Shown: positions 35,809-45,490, numbered from the stretch's first letter. The stretch: 64,000 nucleotides of DNA from Acidobacteriota bacterium (GCA_037442425.1 JBBIQG010000004.1:20036-84035); one strand, 5' to 3'. The notes: generated by a model not told the origin, from the sequence alone. Numbers and translations: made by a program.

Positions 35809-35954
35809 ACCTGTTTCTGCCCGACGGGTCCGGCAGGCCCGACACGGCAGCGCCGTTCGGTTCCCCACAGCAGGGCATTGACGCCCAGCATGCACTTTGC
35901 CATCATGCGGAGCAATCCGTCGCCCTGCATGCGACGACAGCGCGACTGGGGGAG

Positions 35955-36776
35955 GTGCCCATCCCGTTCCGGGTGACGATTCTGGCTTCAGGAAGCGCGG
36001 GCAATCTCGCCTTGCTCGAAACTTCACGCACGCGACTCCTGGTGGATGTGGGTTTGAGCCGGCGCGAGACGTTGCGCCGGCTGGCGGCGGTCGGTGTTTC
36101 CCCGGAGCAACTCGAGGGCATCCTGATTTCTCACGAGCACACGGACCACGTCGGAGGCCTGCCTGCGTTGATGCGGTATTGGCCAGAAAAAACCGTCTAT
36201 CTGACCGAAGGCACCTATGAGGGCATCCGTCGCGCCCTTCCCGCCGAGCAGGTGGAACGCATCCAGCGCGTCGAATACATTCAAGCTGGCCGACCCTTCT
36301 CGATCGGCGATATCGAGGTGAATCCCTTTCGCGTTCCCCATGACGCTGCCGATCCACTGGCTTTCAGTTTCCGCGCCAACGGCACTAAGCTCGCGCTGGT
36401 GACGGACTTGGGCTATCTGCCGGAGCTGGTGAAGCTCCATCTGCGCGATTCCGATTGCCTGATCCTGGAATCCAATCACGACGTCGAGATGTTGAAAGTG
36501 GGGCCCTATCCCTGGCCTGTGAAACAGCGCGTGCTCAGCCGCACCGGCCACCTCTCTAATCATGCGGTCAGTGAATTCTTGGCGGATGCCGAAGGGTTCG
36601 ACGGCCGCGCTCGCTATTTGGTGTTGGCGCATCTTTCCGAACAGAACAACCATCCCGAGGTCGCTCGGCTGTCGGCGGAAGAAGCCCTGTCGCGCCGCCC
36701 GGCGGAGTGCACCCGCTTCCAAGGCCAGATTCTGGTGGCTTCGCAATGGGAGCCACTCGGCCCGATCGAGCTCTAG
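35955..36776 (+). CDS. MBL-fold metallo-hydrolase (YycJ/WalJ-like)
   Basis: FRVTILASGSAGNLALLE...LVDVGLS...ILISHEHTDHVGGL (HxHxDH). I use the GTG at 35955 because the track start 35787 lies inside the loop of the 35775-35808 hairpin. Confidence 0.8.
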   Translation: MPIPFRVTILASGSAGNLALLETSRTRLLVDVGLSRRETLRRLAAVGVSPEQLEGILISHEHTDHVGGLPALMRYWPEKTVYLTEGTYEGIRRALPAEQVERIQRVEYIQAGRPFSIGDIEVNPFRVPHDAADPLAFSFRANGTKLALVTDLGYLPELVKLHLRDSDCLILESNHDVEMLKVGPYPWPVKQRVLSRTGHLSNHAVSEFLADAEGFDGRARYLVLAHLSEQNNHPEVARLSAEEALSRRPAECTRFQGQILVASQWEPLGPIEL

Positions 36777-38188
36777 TGGAATTTCCGCTCATGCCGGCCT
36801 CCATCGGGGATCGAAATCGGTTGCACCGCTTTCCTTGCATCGTTCTGAACCGGACCGTGGTGATGATTCTGGTCGCTGGCTTTGCGACATCCGCCGGTCT
36901 CGATGTTCTGGCGTGTGCCCTCGGCCAGCGGATTCGAGATTCCGCAGAGATTTCTGCCCAATTGCTCTATCACCCCGTACGCGAAATCGAATTCCAGGAT
37001 GCGGTGCTGTTCCGTGCGGAGCGCTTCACCTACCGATGGGATCGACAGTCGCAGCAGTGGCAGGTGCAGGCGGAAGACAATAGCGATCGGCTTCCGGCCG
37101 ACTCGGCGATCGAAGAGTACGAATCGGAGCGGCTGGAGGCGCTGTTTCAGTTTTTTGGCGAGACCGACGAAGAACGAGCAGTGTTGGAAATCCACCGCAG
37201 CCTCGCCCAGGGCGGTTTTGAGGTATTGGCTCGGCTGGCGCTGTGGGACCGCAGCCGACTGGCCGCGGCTTGGCTCGCTTACTTTCGGGAAGACGCGCCG
37301 GACCTCAGCCGGGCTCAACTCGCCGAAGACCTCGTCGTCGCCCGGCCCGAAGTGGCGGCTGTTTTCGAGGACCGCTCGAATCTCTGGCTCGGGATTCGAT
37401 ACGACACCAGCCAGGGCGCATTGGGTCTAGGCACTGTGGTGCGAGTGGACACTGCGACCGGCAAGGCAGAGGTCTTCCAGCCTGAAGCACTGTTGACTTC
37501 TTCCGTCACCCACCTGGCGCATTTTGACGGCCGGCTCTGGCTGGGAGCGCGTCGCTTCGGCGAAGAAGAGCTGGAGCCGACTGTGGGGTTGGCCGAGCTG
37601 GACCCCCGGAGTGGACGCCTTCGTTCCCATCGCTCGGGCAGTGGCTCGGGTTTTCTGGGCCATGTGGTCACCGCGATGGCCGTTGAAAACGGAGCACTCT
37701 GGGTGGGAACCGATGAAGGCATCTGCGTGCTGAACAGGGGCCGAGCGTGGTCGTGCTGGCGCGTAGTTCCAACGGTCACACTGGAGTCTACTGTTGCTGC
37801 CAGCAATTTTCCCCGTGGGCCAGCGGAGCGCCCACTCGCTCCGGGTCGGTACGAAGTTCGCTGGGCCACGGAAGATTTTCTGGAGGTGGTCACGCCCGAT
37901 GCCGTCGAAGGCTGGGCACGCGCCGATGAAGTGGCCGAATTCGAGCAGCGGGATTTCTACGGAGCGGCTTTTGAGCTGGCCAACACGAGTGCGGGTGGCG
38001 CCGGTGTCCTGCACCTGCTGCCGACTCTGGCAGCCAGCCCACTGGAGTCCACACAGGTCGTGCGTATTCCCGTCGAGCGCATTGGCCCGCCGGATTCCGA
38101 CGGCTGGCAGCGCTGCCGCGCGCGGGTCGGCTGGATTTCAGGTCGGGGGATGACCGTGGTGCCAAACATCTCACCCGTCACCCCATAG
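36776..38188 (+). CDS. Hypothetical membrane-anchored protein (N-terminal TM helix, helical region, beta-propeller-like repeats, two SH3b-like C-terminal segments)
   Basis: The GTG at 36776 overlaps the MBL stop (TAGTG); an alternative ATG is at 36791. TM helix VVMILVAGFATSAGLDVLACAL. ALWVGTDEGICVL resembles regulatory-propeller repeats. No family was recognised with confidence. Confidence 0.5.
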   Translation: MEFPLMPASIGDRNRLHRFPCIVLNRTVVMILVAGFATSAGLDVLACALGQRIRDSAEISAQLLYHPVREIEFQDAVLFRAERFTYRWDRQSQQWQVQAEDNSDRLPADSAIEEYESERLEALFQFFGETDEERAVLEIHRSLAQGGFEVLARLALWDRSRLAAAWLAYFREDAPDLSRAQLAEDLVVARPEVAAVFEDRSNLWLGIRYDTSQGALGLGTVVRVDTATGKAEVFQPEALLTSSVTHLAHFDGRLWLGARRFGEEELEPTVGLAELDPRSGRLRSHRSGSGSGFLGHVVTAMAVENGALWVGTDEGICVLNRGRAWSCWRVVPTVTLESTVAASNFPRGPAERPLAPGRYEVRWATEDFLEVVTPDAVEGWARADEVAEFEQRDFYGAAFELANTSAGGAGVLHLLPTLAASPLESTQVVRIPVERIGPPDSDGWQRCRARVGWISGRGMTVVPNISPVTP

Positions 38189-38273
38189 ACGCAGAAGAAC
38201 CCGCCGAGAGCAGCGCCAGCCAGTTGCTCCTGCACACCCGCGGTGGGTGCCTGCTTTCAAAGGGCGAAAACGT

Positions 38274-38753
38274 TCAGGGCCGTGCGAACCATCCGCGCCC
38301 GGCCCAAGCCGGGATGCCCCGGGCGTCGCGGAGCTTTACGACTGCGGAACCCTTTCTCACTTCCCGCGCGATCTCGTACTTCCCCGCGTGGGTAACGGCA
38401 ACCGAGCCGACCACCTCGACACGGTCATCCCTGGCCATCTTCACCTCTTGTTTTTGACGAACCACGTCGTGCCCAGGTGAACTTCTCGATTTCGACCATC
38501 AGGTGGACGCCTCCCTGCCAGCCACGGCCGGAGGGCTCGATTTCGATCGCCGTGATGACTCTGCGCAGCGCAGTAACGGTGTCAGGGTCATATCGCGGGC
38601 CCTGCCGGTCCTGCAGGGCGGGTCCTTTGAACTCATGGCCGGACCCTGGTCCCCAGCCGTGCTCGTGCCAACAGCCGCAGCGGCATCACCCCTGCGCATA
38701 TCCCGCTGGAGCCAGCAACGTCCCGGCAAGCGCCGCCAGGGCGAATGTTTCAC
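38274..38753 (-). pseudogene. Decayed gene for a small periplasmic protein (two-VHL-motif beta domain family). Its pieces lie in three frames and there is an in-frame TGA.
   Basis: Minus-strand frame A reads ...FALAALAGTLLAPAGYAQG-TGA-CRCGCWHEHGWGPGSGHEFKGPALQDRQGPRYDPDTVTALRRVITAIEIEPSGRGWQGGVHLMVEIEK. Frame B reads VHLGTTWFVKNK. Frame C (track ORF 38274-38465) reads EVKMARDDRVEVVGSVAVTHAGKYEIAREVRKGSAVVKLRDARGIPAWAG. Joined, they resemble a family I recall as ...GGVHLTLKT...VHLGPAWY...GDKVEVKGS...AAEVKKG...LRDENGFPLW. The GTG with a ribosome-binding site at 38753 is in yet another frame than the signal peptide. Confidence 0.45.
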
Positions 38754-38798
38754 ACTGACGCTTCCTGATTTTCTCCCTGACGTTGTCCGACGTTCAGG

Positions 38799-39389
38799 TC
38801 ATGGTACGGTCATCTGTTTGTTCATCTCGCGGTACTGCTCTTGCCATGCTTTCATAAGCCGTTCCATTTCGCGGGCACGTTCGGCAATGTGCCTGCCATC
38901 TGGATAGGTATGAGCAAGTTCTCCTTCGATGGAGCTGAGCTGCGCTTCCGCCTGCTCTCGAATCTGTTCCATCTTTCGGATACGCTCCTGCCATGCAGTC
39001 TTCTGCTCCGGCCTCAAGCTTTGCATCAGCCAGTTGTGCTCTTCCTGCATGCTGCGAAACTGCTGGCGGAGCTGCGTGGTCTGCGCACGCATCGGCTCAG
39101 CCTGCGAACCGCTGCGTTGTGCTGTACGGGCCAGATCACGGGCGCGCTGGCGGATCTGGTTAGCGGATTGATCGCAGGCACGAAGTTGGTCGCGCTGCTG
39201 CGCGGTGGCATGGATGCGTGCCTGGTCGCGCTGCATCGTGCCTTTGCCCATCTCAGATCCGCGCTGGCTCTGGCCTTGGTGGCCCTGCGGAGCTTGGTGT
39301 TGCCCGCCGCCCCCGGGCCGGCCCTGGGCTGCGACCGGCAGCACGGCGAGCATGACGAAAAGAAAGGACGCAGTGAATTTGGCTTTCAT
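38799..39389 (-). CDS. Secreted coiled-coil protein, Spy/CpxP/ZraP-like periplasmic stress protein
   Basis: Signal peptide MKAKFTASFLFVMLAVLPVAAQG, a Gly/Gln/His-rich linker, then long Q/R/E-rich helices with LRPEQKTAW-type (LTxxQ-like) motifs. Confidence 0.55.
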   Translation of the reverse strand: MKAKFTASFLFVMLAVLPVAAQGRPGGGGQHQAPQGHQGQSQRGSEMGKGTMQRDQARIHATAQQRDQLRACDQSANQIRQRARDLARTAQRSGSQAEPMRAQTTQLRQQFRSMQEEHNWLMQSLRPEQKTAWQERIRKMEQIREQAEAQLSSIEGELAHTYPDGRHIAERAREMERLMKAWQEQYREMNKQMTVP

Positions 39390-39840
39390 GGTTTCCCCCA
39401 GGGCGCGGCGGGGATTTACTTCGGCGGGATGCCTAACCGGGTGCTGAAAAATGGTGGTATCAAGCCGCCGCTACAGAGCGCGTCTTGAAAACAGCGCAGA
39501 CATAGCGGTGTTCGTGCATCGTCATCCAGTTCTTCAGCCCCGGCTAAGGGCCTTTGGTGCGGCGCGGGCTACTGGGAATACAGCCCTCAGCAATCATCCG
39601 CAGTAATAGAACCCCCGATCCGGTGGAAAGTTGCAGGCAGCAATCCGGAGCAGTTCTGGCAGGGGGAATCTAAAAAGCAAAGGAACATTGTACCGGCCGT
39701 CCATTGTGGTGAAGGGCAGTCAGTGGGTGCAGCGGCGAAACCTGCCAGGCTGAAACCGGGGGACGGCCAGCAGGAAAGCGGCCATCGCCAGCCGGCTCCT
39801 GCAATCACTCGCCAGACTGTTCACACACCGGCTGGATTTG

Positions 39841-40878
39841 TTAGAACGTGGAACGCTGGGTGCGTCCAGCCGCGTCCAGTTCCTGGAAGGCGAAGCGTGT
39901 CTTTACCTCGGAGAACACTTTGCCTCCCAATTCCGCATGGGGATAGATAAAGAAGTTGAGTGGCCCCGCCTGCGGTGCCGGGTCGAACTGCAAGTCGCGG
40001 CCAATGCTGAACAGGACGCGGTGCGGGTCGTGTGCGCCGAAGAAGTACTCTCGCAGTTGCGGATACTTCCAGGCTTCGGAGGCATCTACCGGCACCCAAC
40101 CGAATTGAGGGAGATAGAACTGGGCCCAGCAGTGGTAGCCCGGAATTTCCCCCGCGGTCTGGTCCTGAGGGATAGAAAAGCCGATCTCGAACCGTGCGGG
40201 GACCCCTGCAGCACGCAGCATGCCGATGAACATGGAATGGAAGTCGGTACAGTTGCCGCGACGGACCGTGCAGGCGAACACGGCGTCACCGCGTCCCCAG
40301 CCTTGTCCGGATTTGTCGTACCGCATCGTGTTCACGACATAGTCATACACAGCACGGGCCTTGGCCAGCGGGTCGTCGAGGCCCTCGGTGACTTGTCGCG
40401 ACAGCTCGCCGACCACGCCATCGAGGGGCACCAGCCGATCCGGCCCCAGAAAGGGCGCCAGCGCCGTTTTCAGTTGTGGGTCAGAGAACGCATACCGGAT
40501 GGCGCGAAGGTTGACCCGGTGCTCGGAGCGCACGGCGCGAAACCGGATCTGGATCGTATGCGGCGTGGCCAACTGAGCAGGGGTGAACTCCAAATAGGCG
40601 TACGGGTTCTGAAACTTCAATTCCTTCAGAATCTGGTATGATACGCCGCTGCGGATTTCTAGATTTTCGATCTGCTGCTGGGCATTCGTGGGAGGCAGCG
40701 GAATCCAGAGGCGGAGGTTGTCACGTGCATCTTGAACCGCTGGGATGTACGCTTCATAGGTGAACAGGAAAGATCGTTTCGTGGAAGCCGGTTGAGATTG
40801 AGCCTGAGCCAGCCAGAATACAGAAAGGGAGAGCAGGAAAAATACTACTAGGGCGAGGTAATGCCTCACTCGTTGCAT
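39841..40878 (-). CDS. Transglutaminase-like cysteine protease superfamily protein, secreted
   Basis: Signal peptide VVFFLLSLSVFWLAQA. Cys-His-Asp triad context RRGNCTDFHSMFIGMLRAAGVPAR...GYHCWAQFY...WVPVDASE. Confidence 0.85.
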   Translation of the reverse strand: MQRVRHYLALVVFFLLSLSVFWLAQAQSQPASTKRSFLFTYEAYIPAVQDARDNLRLWIPLPPTNAQQQIENLEIRSGVSYQILKELKFQNPYAYLEFTPAQLATPHTIQIRFRAVRSEHRVNLRAIRYAFSDPQLKTALAPFLGPDRLVPLDGVVGELSRQVTEGLDDPLAKARAVYDYVVNTMRYDKSGQGWGRGDAVFACTVRRGNCTDFHSMFIGMLRAAGVPARFEIGFSIPQDQTAGEIPGYHCWAQFYLPQFGWVPVDASEAWKYPQLREYFFGAHDPHRVLFSIGRDLQFDPAPQAGPLNFFIYPHAELGGKVFSEVKTRFAFQELDAAGRTQRSTF

Positions 40879-41075
40879 CGAGATTCCCCTCCAAAATTTG
40901 CGGCGGGGCGCTGTAGGTTTCGGGATCCGGATCGGTCCAGAAACAAAGTGAAGTATACTAACTCTTAAATGATGTCAAGTCTTTTTACACGCACAAGGAT
41001 CTGTGCCGTTGTTAATTTCCGGCGCTGACGGCGAGGTTGGAACACGGCCGTTCCGAGAAAATTTCGGAGGTACGC

Positions 41076-42374
41076 TTGATTCCACGGTACACGCGAGCGG
41101 AGATGGGCCAGGTCTGGAGCGATGCAAATCGGTTCCAGAAATGGCTCGAGGTGGAGCTGGCCGTCGCGGACGTGCTGGCGGAAGCCGGTCTGGTGCCGGC
41201 CGAAGCCGCCCGGCGACTGCGCGAGCGTGCACGGATCGATGTCGCGCGCATCGCCGAACTGGAAGCCCGAGTCAAACATGATGTGATCGCATTCACCCTG
41301 GCTGTCAGCGAATCCATTGGCGACCCGCAGGCGGAGCGGTGGTTGCACTTCGGGCTGACGTCGAACGATGTCGTGGACACGGCCCAAGCACTGCTGGTGC
41401 GACAGGCGTCGCAGTTGATTGAACAGGGCCTGCTGAATTTTGCCGAGGTGCTGAAGCAGCGTGCCTTTGAGTTCAAAGATACGCCGCAGATCGGCCGCAC
41501 CCATGGCGTTCACGCCGAGCCCATCACCTTCGGACTCAAGCTGGCCAACTGGTATGCGGAAAACCAGCGCAACCTGGAACGCTTTCGTGCGGCAGCCGCC
41601 CAGATGGCCGTGGGCAAGATTTCCGGTGCGGTGGGCAACTGTGCGCACCTCGGTCCCGAGATCGAGGAGAAAATTTGCCGGCGCCTGGGTCTGGCGGTGG
41701 CGCCGATCTCGACACAGGTGATCCAGCGAGATCGTCACGCACACTATCTGTCCACCCTGGCCCTGATTGCGGCGACGCTAGAAACGGTGGCGCTGGAAAT
41801 CCGCCACCTGCAGCGCACCGAAGTGCGCGAGGCGGAGGAACCGTTCGGCAGCGAGCAGCGCGGCAGCTCGGCGATGCCACACAAGCGCAACCCGGTTTCC
41901 TGCGAGCAGGTTTGCGGTCTGGCGCGACTGGTGCGCACGAATGCGCTGGCCGCGATGGAAAACATCGCACTGTGGCATGAGCGCGATATTTCGCACAGCT
42001 CGGTCGAACGCGTCATCCTGCCCGATTCGACGATTCTGGTGGACTACTTGCTGGCGCGGATGACCGACATTGTGGCCCAGCTGCGCGTCTATCCCGAACG
42101 AATGCGACAGAATCTGGAGCTGACGGGCGGACTGATTTTCTCGGGTCAGTTGCTGCTCGATTTGGTCGAGGCGGGCGCCCCGCGGGACGAAGCCTATCGC
42201 TGGATCCAGGAGCACGCCCTGGCAGCCTGGGATGCCGCGCCGAGCTTCCGGGAACGTGTCGCTGGCGATGCGCGCATCTTGCGTTATCTCGATGCCCAGG
42301 GCATCGCGCGTGCCTTCGATCTCCACCGGCAGTTGCGTTATGTCGACGCGATCTTCCGCCGCGTCTTTGGCTGA
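41076..42374 (+). CDS. purB: Adenylosuccinate lyase
   Basis: (M)IPRYTRAEMGQVWSD..., signature GSSAMPHKRNP. TTG start at 41076 preceded by GGAGG; the track start 41037 adds 13 unlikely residues. Confidence 0.9.
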   Translation: MIPRYTRAEMGQVWSDANRFQKWLEVELAVADVLAEAGLVPAEAARRLRERARIDVARIAELEARVKHDVIAFTLAVSESIGDPQAERWLHFGLTSNDVVDTAQALLVRQASQLIEQGLLNFAEVLKQRAFEFKDTPQIGRTHGVHAEPITFGLKLANWYAENQRNLERFRAAAAQMAVGKISGAVGNCAHLGPEIEEKICRRLGLAVAPISTQVIQRDRHAHYLSTLALIAATLETVALEIRHLQRTEVREAEEPFGSEQRGSSAMPHKRNPVSCEQVCGLARLVRTNALAAMENIALWHERDISHSSVERVILPDSTILVDYLLARMTDIVAQLRVYPERMRQNLELTGGLIFSGQLLLDLVEAGAPRDEAYRWIQEHALAAWDAAPSFRERVAGDARILRYLDAQGIARAFDLHRQLRYVDAIFRRVFG

Positions 42375-42602
42375 GCGGTTCGCTGCAGCCTCGTTGCCCC
42401 TGCGTTTCCCGGGGGGTCGTCCTCAGGAAACATTCCGGTCTCCCTCTTGGCCACTTCCTGCCCCGTTCCGGGGGACGGACGCCGCTTCCTTCGCCGTAAG
42501 GCTGCGCGAGTAGGAGCTGCAGCATCGAAGGACGTCGTTCCGGTGCCTGTCCCGCGGGCAAAGTTTTCCGCACCGGTTCGGTACGGCGTGCAGCCGATGC
42601 CG

Positions 42603-43163
42603 TTAGGTGGCGCGCTGAATGTACCGGCCTTCGGAGGTGTCTACTTTCACTTTGTCCCCGATGTTGATGAACGGGGGCACTTGGATCACCAGACCGGTTT
42701 CCAGTTTGGCCGGTTTCATCACGGCGCTAGCGGTGGCTTTCTGCAGGCCGGGTTCGGTTTCGACCACAGTCAGATCGACCGTGTCGGGCAGGGAGACGCC
42801 GATGGGTCGGCCTTCGTAGAACTCCACTTTGATCACGGTGTTGGGCACCAGATAGTCTGTGCTATCGCCCAGCACGTCTTTGCTCAGCGCAATCTGTTCG
42901 AAGGTCTGTGTGTTCATGAAGTGATAACCTTCGGCGTCGCTGTAGAGGTATTCCATTTCGACTTCGTCCAGAATGGCCCGCTCGACGAAATCCTCGGCGC
43001 GGAACCGATAGTCGATGATGGCTCCGGTGCGCAGGTTGCGAAGTTTGGTTTGCATCGAGCCACGTTTGTTGCCCGGCGTGCGGTGTTCGACGCTGAACAC
43101 CACGTACAGGTCCCCCTCGTGCTGGATGACCATTCCGGGACGCAGTTGCGTTGCCTTCACCAT
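42603..43163 (-). CDS. efp: Elongation factor P family protein
   Basis: 186 aa with three OB/KOW-like domains. [52 protein letters not shown]. The loop sequence is non-canonical (see findings). Confidence 0.9.
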   Translation of the reverse strand: MVKATQLRPGMVIQHEGDLYVVFSVEHRTPGNKRGSMQTKLRNLRTGAIIDYRFRAEDFVERAILDEVEMEYLYSDAEGYHFMNTQTFEQIALSKDVLGDSTDYLVPNTVIKVEFYEGRPIGVSLPDTVDLTVVETEPGLQKATASAVMKPAKLETGLVIQVPPFINIGDKVKVDTSEGRYIQRAT

Positions 43164-44665
43164 CGTCGTTCACTCCTGATGCGAATCGGAAGCGGCCGGC
43201 TGGAAGAAAGTCCGCCCGGCAGGAACGTGCCGCAAGCTGTGTGCGCGGCGCAGGGATTTATTATAGAGATGACAGCGGGCAGGCGCAAACGTGCGGCGGC
43301 ATCGCGCGCGGGGCAGGCGGGGTCGGCATCGGGGCGAGCCATTTCCTGTTCGATGGCCTCTACGGTGCGCGGCAGCCGCGCGGTGAGCAGCTGGTAGCCG
43401 TCTTCGGTGATCAGCACGATATCTTCGATCCGTACTCCCAGATTTTCTTCCGGGATGTAGATGCCCGGCTCGATCGTCACCACCATGCCGGGCTCGAGCG
43501 GGCGGCCTGGGTCGCCGGCATCGTGCACATTCAGCCCGATGTGGTGGCCCAGGCCGTGGATGAAGTAGCGTCCCAGCGAGCGGCCCTGCCGGTCGGTGCC
43601 ATGGGAATTGATGTAATCGTAGGCGATCTGAAAGAGGCTGTTCGGACCCGTGCGAGAAAGGCGCATGCCAGGCTTCAGCGCAGCGAACACAGCATTCTGG
43701 GCGCCCAGAACAATTTCATAAATTTCGCGCTGCCGTGGAGAAAATTTTCCATTCGCGGGCAGTGTGCGGGTAATATCGGCCACGTAACCATCGCACTGCG
43801 CACCGACGTCGAGCACGACGATGTCGCCCTCCTCGATGCGCCGCTCCAGCTTGTTGTAGTGCAGCACGGTGGAGTTGAACCCGGCACCGACAATCGGTGC
43901 GTACCCTTCTCGTTCGCAGCCCGCGAATTTGTGAACATACTCCATCCGTGCCGCCACCTGATACTCATGCAGCCCGGGTCGCAGCAGGCGCATGGCGGCC
44001 AGATGGGCGTCCATGGAGACCTCGATAGCCTTTTCGAGCAGCTGCAGCTCGGTGGGGGCCTTCACTTGGCGCATGGCGCCTAGCGTCGCACGAAGGTCCA
44101 CCAGCGGAACATCTCCCAATCGCGCCTTCAGCCAGTCCCGCCAGATGCGGGTGTGGGGATAACCTTCCTCGTTCTCTCGCGGCAGCAGCGTATAGAACCG
44201 CGGAAAGGTGTCCGCCAGCCGTTTCAGTTCTCCCTCCAGTTCGGCGAAAGCGCGCACGGCGGTGAAGCCGGTGCGTGCAGCGGCGTCGGCGTCCTCGGCG
44301 GCGAGCCGCGGACCATCCCAGCGTTCGGCGTTGGCATTGCGTGGAGGCAGGAACAGAACCTCGCGGGGCCCGTCCCAACGCCGACCTGCCGGTGGCTCGG
44401 GAACGAGCAGCAGGGCAGCGCCTTCTTCATTGTGACCGGTCAGATAGTAGAAATTCTCTTCCTGGTTGAACACGTAGGAAGGCGAGGCATCTTCCCGGCC
44501 GGTGTAGCCGAACAGAACCACCGGTCCGTCTACCTTGGCGCGCAGTGCCTGACGGCGTGCAGCGTAGGCCGAGTTCGGCTCACGCTCGCGCGCCTGACCC
44601 AGCCAGAGCGGCAGCAGCACCGCAGCCAGCAGACTCAGAATCGAAAACCGCAAACGGTTTCTCAT
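43157..44665 (-). CDS. pepP: Secreted Xaa-Pro aminopeptidase (M24B, PepP-like)
   Basis: Signal peptide [67 protein letters not shown]...[12 protein letters not shown] roughly 58-aa low-complexity tail overlaps the efp start by 7 nt. Confidence 0.85.
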   Translation of the reverse strand: MRNRLRFSILSLLAAVLLPLWLGQAREREPNSAYAARRQALRAKVDGPVVLFGYTGREDASPSYVFNQEENFYYLTGHNEEGAALLLVPEPPAGRRWDGPREVLFLPPRNANAERWDGPRLAAEDADAAARTGFTAVRAFAELEGELKRLADTFPRFYTLLPRENEEGYPHTRIWRDWLKARLGDVPLVDLRATLGAMRQVKAPTELQLLEKAIEVSMDAHLAAMRLLRPGLHEYQVAARMEYVHKFAGCEREGYAPIVGAGFNSTVLHYNKLERRIEEGDIVVLDVGAQCDGYVADITRTLPANGKFSPRQREIYEIVLGAQNAVFAALKPGMRLSRTGPNSLFQIAYDYINSHGTDRQGRSLGRYFIHGLGHHIGLNVHDAGDPGRPLEPGMVVTIEPGIYIPEENLGVRIEDIVLITEDGYQLLTARLPRTVEAIEQEMARPDADPACPARDAAARLRLPAVISIINPCAAHTACGTFLPGGLSSSRPLPIRIRSERRW

Positions 44666-44787
44666 AAGTTTTCACCTGTGGAATTTTCGTGTTTCTGCCC
44701 TGTGCGGGCTTCCCGTGGCTCTGTGCGTGCAGAGCGCGTCCGCACCGGAGCACACTCCCTGCAGCCGGTGGCAGCAAAGCCCGAATC

Positions 44788-45417
44788 TCATGGTGCCGCG
44801 GGTGGAGCGGAAGCCTGAGCACGCAGCGCGAGTAAAAAATCACGCACCGGTGCGGTGTCCCATTCGGCCATTCCGATGTGCTTGAAGACCACGCGGCCGG
44901 CTCCATCCAGGATGAACGTGGCCGGCAGGCCGGAGGTTTCCAGCTCCGCGGGCAACCGGGTTTCGGAAACGTACACCGGGAGGCTCAGCTTCTCCTGCTG
45001 CACAAATTTCCGCACGGTTTCCCGATTTTCTTCCGAGACCACCAGGAAGGCCACGCCGGATTCCTGCAGACTGGCATGGAGACGAGCGATGGTCGGCATT
45101 TCTTCGATACAGGGTCCGCACCAGCTCGCCCAAATGTTCACGAACACCGGCCGGCCAAGCAGGTCTCCGAGCCGGATGACTGTCCCATCGAGTCCGTGCA
45201 CCGTCCAGTGCAGGTCCGGTACGCCGTAGGAGGGCAGGTCTGCCGGGTCGGGCAGCGTAGGTGCTGGAGAAAAGCGAAGTCCGCCTTTGCGCAGCACCAG
45301 GTACCCCGTCAGGGAAGCAACGGCTACAGCCAGTGCAAGCCACAGCACTATGCTGCTGGATTCTCGCCGAAGAACGCCCATAGCCGTCTGTCCGTCTGCG
45401 CGCAGAGAACGCTGCAC
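44788..45417 (-). CDS. TlpA/ResA-like membrane-anchored thiol:disulfide oxidoreductase
   Basis: N-terminal TM helix, then GRPVFVNIWASWCGPCIEEMP (thioredoxin CxxC). Confidence 0.85.
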   Translation of the reverse strand: MQRSLRADGQTAMGVLRRESSSIVLWLALAVAVASLTGYLVLRKGGLRFSPAPTLPDPADLPSYGVPDLHWTVHGLDGTVIRLGDLLGRPVFVNIWASWCGPCIEEMPTIARLHASLQESGVAFLVVSEENRETVRKFVQQEKLSLPVYVSETRLPAELETSGLPATFILDGAGRVVFKHIGMAEWDTAPVRDFLLALRAQASAPPAAP

Positions 45418-45490
45418 TGTTTGAGGAACGCGCTCGTTGCCATGCTAGCGCACCACAACGGTCGAGACAAGCAGCTGCAAGACGTCGCGG

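Noticed and set aside
38686-38688. In-frame TGA after the signal-peptide-like segment read as selenocysteine
   Set aside because: The downstream sequence offers only a 4-bp GCCG/CGGC mini-hairpin rather than a SECIS-like stem-loop. The same gene also needs at least two frameshifts. No Sec machinery is visible. A pseudogene is the simpler explanation.
39390-39840. 450-nt gap upstream of the Spy/CpxP-like gene examined for a riboswitch (cobalamin-like GC-rich segments), a sigma54 promoter or a small ORF (track ORF 39587-39808)
   Set aside because: No consensus element matched with correct spacing or order. The ORFs have no coding-like features. The gap is left unexplained rather than annotated.
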